Of a stretch of DNA of 11,631 bases, positions 6,284-11,631 are shown one piece after another. The stretch is from Pseudobdellovibrionaceae bacterium (GTDB lineage Bacteria; Bdellovibrionota; Bdellovibrionia; Bdellovibrionales; Bdellovibrionaceae). The stretch spans positions 1 through 11,631 of the forward strand of contig JBGGMM010000043.1 in assembly GCA_041288045.1 (NCBI GenBank). Reading direction: 5' to 3'. A model generated the notes under the pieces. The model was given only the letters and a program-made list of their open reading frames with translations. It was not told the origin of the DNA and searched no databases. Positions within the stretch are counted from its first letter, which is position 1, and the number at the start of each line of letters is the position of its first letter. A program made the translations under genes and the position numbers.

Positions 6284-7468
6284 TCAGGTTACAGCCTGAA
6301 GTGGCAGCTCAACTGTGAATGTGGATCCTTCTCCCAGCTTGCTTTCTAAACGGATTTTCCCTCCGTGCAAGCGCACCAGGGTGTCGACAATAAAAAGGCC
6401 AACACCAAGCCCGCTGTAATGGCGGGTCGAAACTGCTCTTTCGAATCGATTGAAAACTCTTTCTTGATCTTCGATTGCAATTCCAATCCCCTGATCGCGG
6501 ATTTGTAAATGCAATTGCTCCTGCTGCTTCCAAGCCGAAATTTGGATGGGCTGACCACGGCCATATTTCAATGCATTGGTTAAGAGATTGATCACCACTT
6601 GTTCCAAGCGACGACGGTCCCAAAAACCCACCAATCCCTCAGGCACGTCAACTGAGACCAAAGAGCCTGAATTTTGAATCGGCCCCGAGAAAGATTGAAT
6701 GACGTCCTTGATCAGAAGCGAGAGATCAAAGGTTTCCAAAAGGACTTCCAATTTTCCCGATGTGATTTGAACCACACCTCGAAGTTCATCGATGACTTTT
6801 GAAAGGCGCTCCACTTGAACATTGGAAGTTTCCAACATGCGAATCAGTCTGTCCCTGGGGACACCTTCGATCGTGTTGTCTTTGTACATTTGAATGAAAG
6901 CTTGAATCTGCAAGCTTAAAGGAGTGATCGGAGTTTTCAGTTCATGAGCGGCCATGGCCAAAAACTCGTCACGAGTGGCCACTGCTTCTTTGAGCAGTTT
7001 AATTTCTTGCTCTCTCAGCTCGGCTTTTTTGAGCAATTCAGCTTGCCTGAGATTTTCTTCGTTTTTTTTATAAAGTTCGACGAAAACGGCAATTTTAGCT
7101 TTGAGAATATCAATACTGAGAGGCTTAAAAAGATAATCGACGGCACCTGCTCCATATCCTTTAATTTCATAGGATTCGCTTTTGTGCAGAGCTGTGACAA
7201 AAATGATCGGTGTGACGGCTGATCTCTTTTGTGCTCGCAGTCTTTTGGCAGTCTCAAATCCATCCATATTCGGCATCTGCACATCCAAAAGGATCACGGC
7301 AAAGTCGTGCTCTTTGGCGAGCTCAAGAGCTTCTTCACCTGAATGGGCTTCAATAATTTTGTAGCCAGAATCCGTCAGGGCTGCCTCGAGGGCAAAGAGA
7401 TTTTCAGGACGATCATCGACAGCAAGAATTTTCGTTGGGTGAGGCATGAGCTTTCTAATTCCGATCAC
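6284..7468 (-). CDS. Cytoplasmic hybrid histidine kinase (N-terminal REC + HisKA + HATPase)
   Basis: REC 'LAVDD...LLDVQMP...FVTA...YLFKP', H-box 'AAHELKTP', 'NLLTNALKY', 'DQGIG', 'GLGVGL'. The GTG start overlaps the upstream TGA (GTGA); an alternative ATG is at 7447. Confidence 0.93.
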   Translation of the reverse strand: MIGIRKLMPHPTKILAVDDRPENLFALEAALTDSGYKIIEAHSGEEALELAKEHDFAVILLDVQMPNMDGFETAKRLRAQKRSAVTPIIFVTALHKSESYEIKGYGAGAVDYLFKPLSIDILKAKIAVFVELYKKNEENLRQAELLKKAELREQEIKLLKEAVATRDEFLAMAAHELKTPITPLSLQIQAFIQMYKDNTIEGVPRDRLIRMLETSNVQVERLSKVIDELRGVVQITSGKLEVLLETFDLSLLIKDVIQSFSGPIQNSGSLVSVDVPEGLVGFWDRRRLEQVVINLLTNALKYGRGQPIQISAWKQQEQLHLQIRDQGIGIAIEDQERVFNRFERAVSTRHYSGLGVGLFIVDTLVRLHGGKIRLESKLGEGSTFTVELPLQAVT

Positions 7469-7824
7469 GCGCAGAATTCTTTGACGGCTCCAATGAGCTG
7501 CTTCAGTTGCACTGGCTTTGAAACGAATGCCTGAGGCCTCACCGATTTGGCACTTTCCTCAAAGGCTGAGCAGACAATCACTGGGATGTGACTGAACTGC
7601 GGATCCGCTCTTTGAAGATCTAAAAACTGCCAACCGTTGGCTTTCGGCATCATCAAATCAAGCACAATCACACAAGGATTTGGCAGAATTTTTCTGAGAT
7701 GATCGACACCCTCTTGTCCGTCATTGGCGATAGAGACTTCATAACCTTGAATTTCGAGAATGTCCTTCATGGTTTGGCAAATTGCCTGATCGTCTTCAAT
7801 TATTAAAATCTGTTTGCAGCTCAT
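7465..7824 (-). CDS. Single-domain response regulator (stand-alone receiver)
   Basis: 'ILIIEDD', 'VLDLMMP', 'VIVCSA', 'FVSKP'; 119 aa with no output domain. Confidence 0.92.
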   Translation of the reverse strand: MSCKQILIIEDDQAICQTMKDILEIQGYEVSIANDGQEGVDHLRKILPNPCVIVLDLMMPKANGWQFLDLQRADPQFSHIPVIVCSAFEESAKSVRPQAFVSKPVQLKQLIGAVKEFCA

Positions 7825-7956
7825 GAATGACCGTCCGAGTTTTTATTTGTCTGTGTAAAAATAGTCTTAATTGGATGTGCCCTATCCATCAATAGAATCT
7901 CAAATTCTCTAATGAAATTAACAATCTGCGTGAACCGAACGGGTCAAAATGACAAG

Positions 7957-7982
7957 TTTAAAATGAGGACAGCATCCTCATT
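7957..7982 (-). terminator. Intrinsic terminator overlapping the stop codon of the 200-aa gene
   Basis: 8-bp stem AATGAGGA(7962-7969)/TCCTCATT(7975-7982), 5-nt loop, short T run on the minus strand. Confidence 0.55.
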
Positions 7983-8580
7983 CCTGGCGGCTGATATTTT
8001 GGATACTCTGAATGATCCGTCTTTCACCCAAAATATGATCGACCTGAGTAAAGACTAAAAGCTGACCAATGGCGATTTCAGAATTTTGCATCAAAAAACT
8101 GTATTCAAATTTCTTTTTCAGAGCGCTATCTCCCTGCAACCGGAGTAGGTAACACTCCCCAAAGAGCTCGGTGGTGGGACAAGCGGCCTTTGAGAAATCC
8201 AGGACACTCAGGCGGATGCCAAAACTTTCAATGGCTTTGAGTTTGACGCGAATGAAATTTCGCTGATTCTCATCCCAAAGGGCTTCTGTGACTTCTTCTT
8301 GTTGTTTCAAGTTTCCCTGCGGATCTGATATTTTGATTTTGTAATGGTCAGTATCACTCACCACCAGCACTTGGCTCTCAGTCTTTGAGCAACCCAAGGA
8401 GCTGCAGTCTGAAAACTTCATTTGCGCTTGGTCATTCGGCCGAAAAGCTTTATGCAGGGGATGCTGGCCAAGGATCTGATCCATTTGTGAAAGCCAGCCC
8501 TGAGGATCCGAAACCTCAGCATGACCTGTCAGACTGACTGCGAGGACGAAAAGGAGAGAAAAAAATGCGATCCTTGCCAT
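7978..8580 (-). CDS. Secreted hypothetical protein, 200 aa, two close Cys pairs
   Basis: Sec signal MARIAFFSLLFVLAVSLTGHA; Cys pairs CSSLGC and C-x8-C. Lies 44 nt downstream of the 571-aa gene on the same strand. Confidence 0.85.
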   Translation of the reverse strand: MARIAFFSLLFVLAVSLTGHAEVSDPQGWLSQMDQILGQHPLHKAFRPNDQAQMKFSDCSSLGCSKTESQVLVVSDTDHYKIKISDPQGNLKQQEEVTEALWDENQRNFIRVKLKAIESFGIRLSVLDFSKAACPTTELFGECYLLRLQGDSALKKKFEYSFLMQNSEIAIGQLLVFTQVDHILGERRIIQSIQNISRQE

Positions 8581-8624
8581 GAAGCTATTTTCGGCAAGTT
8601 CTTTTCATTCGGTCAAATGAAAAA

Positions 8625-10340
8625 TCACTTCATTTCGGTTTCAAAATTGGCTTTAGCTAAAGCCACTTGCTGATTGAAATCCAAGACGATTTTCCCTTTA
8701 AAAGGGAGAAATTGTTTTTCTGAGAGAAAGCCTGGAACGGATGAGGCCGATGTCCCCGCAGTTCCATGGCAGCCCAAACAGCTGGATCTTGGATTGTCTG
8801 CAGGCCCGTTCAGGCGATAGCCTCTTTCTTTTGTCCCCGCGCCATTGGCAAAGGCTCCCGGAAAAACTATTGTGTCCAAAGTACTGGGATCATCAAATCC
8901 AGATTGCACTCCAATCGGTCGCATTTTCATCAGCTCTTTGGGAAGATTCTTGATTTGCTTCAAGGGGTTTTCTTCACCCAAAAGGTCTTTAAGCTCCGTT
9001 TCGAAATCATAGTTCGGGTCATAGTAAAAACCAATCATCGCCCAGTGATTGAGATCAGCACTGACTCCACCCAAGTCGGAATCGCGAACAGCAATGTCCA
9101 TTTGAATGTGGCGAACGGATTGGATGCTTCGCTCGGGACTTCCAGGCTCACTCACATTGGCTTTCCAAGTGTAGGCTCCCTGAATTTCTGGAAAATTCGC
9201 AGTGGTGAAAAGGATTTTGGCAATGAAGGTCCCATTTGCAAACTGGCTCTTCTGCCACTCTGGTGTTTCCTTGGGCTGAGTCACAGAGCCAAAAACAGAA
9301 TTCAAAGTGCGACAACCAGGGGCGTTGAAATAGGCGACTCCCCAATCCGATCCCGGAGTGGCATTTTGGAAATGAGGAATTTGCTTGCTGGGTTTTAAAT
9401 CGCGCTCTTGCGTCAGTCCATGCACGGCCTCTCGACCTGCGGTTCCGACATTCAACCATGGGACATGACACCAGTAGCGGGACTTGTTATTGGCGGCGAT
9501 AAAATTGGCATCGGGATTTTTGGCGTTCTGATTGGCCATATTTTCATAAAAATATTTTTGCGCCATCAAAGCAAATTTCAAAGCTTGCTTTTTGTCTCTC
9601 AAATTAAGTCCCTTCCAAGGCCGCTCTTCGGGTTGATGATTCGCCTGTTCATAATCCGCTCGCAGTGAAAATTTTGGCAAGTTGCGATCCGAATGCGCGT
9701 CCAACATTTGAAAGCCATAGAATTGATCACGAGCCACTTTGACTTTGGGGACAAAGTTGTCTGGGTCTTTTGTTTCTTGAACTGCAATTGCCCGTGACAC
9801 TTTCACATTTTCAGAAACTGAGGATTTACCGGAATGACAATGATTCATTCTGAAAGAAACCAAGCCCAATTCGGCATGGTCAAATTGAACTCCTAAAAGC
9901 CGACCATCCGAACTGGCTTTTGTCTCGACCCATCCCTGGCGGACATTGCGAATTTGCGCGGCACTGTCTTTGGAAAAGAAAAGTTCGCCCACTCGATTTG
10001 CTGCCCCTTCAAAACAAGCGGCATGACGAAGTCCTTTGGCTGATTTTTCACGAGAATGGGCAAAGAAAAATTTTTTCAGGTAATCCTCTCGTCCCCCTTC
10101 GGAAAATCCGCTTTCAGTTCCATTCCAACGTTCTGGAGTGATGGCCTCTGTTTGATTCTTTCCATCTTTTTTGTAAGTGACATACACCAATCGCGGCGAT
10201 TCATCCTCCAGAGTGGGAATGCCGTTTCTCTCGAGAGAAGAGAGATTTCTGTCAGGAGAATTCTCGCTTGGATTTTTCATGGTTTGAATGCATGCAGTGG
10301 CTGTCGCTGTTGCAATCCCTGCCAAAATGACTTTTTTCAT
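8625..10340 (-). CDS. Putative lipoprotein of unknown function with a single C-terminal CxxCH (c-type heme) motif, 571 aa
   Basis: SD AGGAG; short signal ending ATATA-C17; CLGCH at aa 521-525 (8766-8780) within 'RLNGPADNPRSSCLGCHGTA'. Confidence 0.8.
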   Translation of the reverse strand: MKKVILAGIATATATACIQTMKNPSENSPDRNLSSLERNGIPTLEDESPRLVYVTYKKDGKNQTEAITPERWNGTESGFSEGGREDYLKKFFFAHSREKSAKGLRHAACFEGAANRVGELFFSKDSAAQIRNVRQGWVETKASSDGRLLGVQFDHAELGLVSFRMNHCHSGKSSVSENVKVSRAIAVQETKDPDNFVPKVKVARDQFYGFQMLDAHSDRNLPKFSLRADYEQANHQPEERPWKGLNLRDKKQALKFALMAQKYFYENMANQNAKNPDANFIAANNKSRYWCHVPWLNVGTAGREAVHGLTQERDLKPSKQIPHFQNATPGSDWGVAYFNAPGCRTLNSVFGSVTQPKETPEWQKSQFANGTFIAKILFTTANFPEIQGAYTWKANVSEPGSPERSIQSVRHIQMDIAVRDSDLGGVSADLNHWAMIGFYYDPNYDFETELKDLLGEENPLKQIKNLPKELMKMRPIGVQSGFDDPSTLDTIVFPGAFANGAGTKERGYRLNGPADNPRSSCLGCHGTAGTSASSVPGFLSEKQFLPFKGKIVLDFNQQVALAKANFETEMK

Positions 10341-10494
10341 GCGCTCTCCTGGATTTCTCCCTAGGCTTTCAATGAGCTTTATTTTAGGAAATATTCCGAT
10401 GGGATTAAAGAGCTTTCAGAAGTTGCAGATCAGGGCTAGACTGAATGCCTGGCCTAAAAGTTGTAATTCGGAAAGAAGTTTCAGGAATCAGAAG

Positions 10495-11406
10495 CTATTT
10501 CTTAAACTTAGCTATCGCTCGACCCGAGAGGCTCACGACCAGAAGAACCAGGGCTCCGGCGACGATTCCGACAAAAAAATGAATCAGCGTCGGAGCTAAG
10601 GATCCAAAAAGACCAGCTTGTTCCGCTAGACCCTTGGCAAAATCATCAATGGCATGAATTCCGTGGGATAAAATCCCGCCACCGACGAGAAACATCGCAG
10701 CTGTGCCAATCACGGAAAGACTTTTCATCAAATAGGGAGCAATGAATAAGAGAGAGCTGCCCAGAGATTTCAAAACAACTTGGGATTTTTTGCGCAGATA
10801 GAATCCGGCATCATCCAATTTCACAATTCCTGCAACCAAACCGTAAACCCCCACCGTCATGACCAGGGCAATACCTGAGATCACCATCACTTGCTTGAGA
10901 AAAGTTTCTTGAGCCACAGTTCCAAGCGCAATCACCACGATTTCAGCCGAGAGAATAAAATCAGTGCGAATGGCACCTTTGATTTTTTCTTTTTCAAAAG
11001 CCACCATGTCCACGGCAGGATTGGCGACGGCTTTCACCAATTCTTTATGATGAGCTGTCTCTTCTTCAGGGGCGTGCAAAAATTTGTGAGCAATTTTCTC
11101 AAAACCTTCAAAGCAAAGATACAATCCACCCAACATCAAAAGCGGAGTGATTGCCGATGGCAGCACAGCACTGATGCCAAGGGCCGAGGGAACCAGAATC
11201 AACTTGTTGACGAAAGAACCCTTGGCCACCGACCAAACAACCGGAAGCTCCCGCTCGGCCAAAACCCCGGCCACCTGTTCGGCATTCAATGCCAAATCAT
11301 CGCCGAGCACTCCCGCCGTTTTTTTCGCAGCCACTTTGGTCATGACCGAGACGTCATCTAAAAGCGTCGTAATATCATCCAACAAAGCCCAAAGCGAAGA
11401 AGCCAT
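10495..11406 (-). CDS. yedI: DUF808 family inner-membrane protein (YedI-like), 303 aa
   Basis: Signature N-terminus '[45 protein letters not shown]', plus '[19 protein letters not shown]' and '[15 protein letters not shown]'. The start is ATG 11406, not the track's 11487. Confidence 0.93.
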   Translation of the reverse strand: MASSLWALLDDITTLLDDVSVMTKVAAKKTAGVLGDDLALNAEQVAGVLAERELPVVWSVAKGSFVNKLILVPSALGISAVLPSAITPLLMLGGLYLCFEGFEKIAHKFLHAPEEETAHHKELVKAVANPAVDMVAFEKEKIKGAIRTDFILSAEIVVIALGTVAQETFLKQVMVISGIALVMTVGVYGLVAGIVKLDDAGFYLRKKSQVVLKSLGSSLLFIAPYLMKSLSVIGTAAMFLVGGGILSHGIHAIDDFAKGLAEQAGLFGSLAPTLIHFFVGIVAGALVLLVVSLSGRAIAKFKK

Positions 11407-11411
11407 AGTCG

Positions 11412-11440
11412 AGGGTTGCCTTTCTTTAGGGTGCCTTTCT
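11412..11440. repeat. Tandem imperfect direct repeat AGGG(T)TGCCTTTCT x2 in the yedI leader
   Basis: AGGGTTGCCTTTCT at 11412-11425 and AGGGTGCCTTTCT at 11428-11440 are identical apart from a 1-nt indel. Confidence 0.7.
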
Positions 11441-11595
11441 CTTTTTCCTTCACTCACAGCGTTATATTTTTGCGAGAGGTCTGGCAAGCGATATAACCAA
11501 CTTTGCTGCAGCCAGGTCCGGCTGGCGGAAATAACGAGCGCCCGTGTCTCTGTTCAAAAGTCTAGCTAAAAAAAAAAATCAGTTCAGCAAGCTCT

Positions 11596-11622
11596 TCAGA
11601 ATCAAAAGCCAATTCCCGATAA
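11596..11622 (+). promoter_or_regulatory. Sigma28 (FliA)-type promoter for a gene beyond the right edge
   Basis: TCAG(11596-11599)-N15-CCCGATAA(11615-11622); same architecture as 1762-1788. Confidence 0.5.
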
Positions 11623-11631
11623 AAGACACAT

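Noticed and set aside
7828..7946. TGGAT-N7-ATCCA (7872-7888) as an FNR box, and loose inverted repeats at 7828-7837/7936-7946
   Set aside because: Does not match TTGAT-N4-ATCAA; arms are short or mismatched.
3970..7969. 11-bp repeat TAAAATGAGGA at 3970-3980 and 7959-7969 as a target-site duplication around the two-component block
   Set aside because: Both copies are part of terminator-like hairpin tails, there is no integrase or terminal inverted repeat, and the length is compatible with chance.
8602..8623. TTTTCATT-N6-AATGAAAA inverted repeat as a terminator between the 571-aa and 200-aa genes
   Set aside because: Almost entirely A-T pairs and no U tail on the coding strand, so read-through is more likely.
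8741..11569. Long antisense or alternate-frame ORFs (8766-9398, 10891-11361, 11147-11569 and others)
   Set aside because: They overlap well-supported genes and show no recognisable motifs or SD sequences.
1..11631. CRISPR array, tRNA, rRNA or known riboswitch
   Set aside because: No regularly spaced repeats, cloverleaf or recognisable aptamer consensus seen by eye. An Rfam/Infernal scan would be needed to exclude them fully.

Overview
Ordinary chromosomal window, probably from a Bdellovibrionota-like bacterium (inferred from gene content and FliA-type promoters; not proven). From left to right: a short HUH/Y1 tyrosine transposase (RAYT/IS200-like, possibly 5'-truncated) bracketed by an inverted pair of small TTAT-loop hairpins, and an orphan PhnD-family lipoprotein. 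Next come a sigma28-type promoter driving a STAS protein plus an unannotated 38-aa membrane peptide, a secreted Cys-containing hypothetical, a secreted calcineurin-like metallophosphoesterase and two small hypotheticals. Then a four-gene two-component cluster (REC, REC-HK, 2TM-HK, FixJ-like regulator) with no recognisable sensor domain, a secreted protein plus a 571-aa lipoprotein with one C-terminal CxxCH heme motif, and a DUF808/YedI membrane protein. No rRNA, tRNA or CRISPR array was seen. The best leads for undescribed biology are the HUH-hairpin module, the monoheme lipoprotein pair, the sensor-less kinase cascade and the STAS-micropeptide operon.
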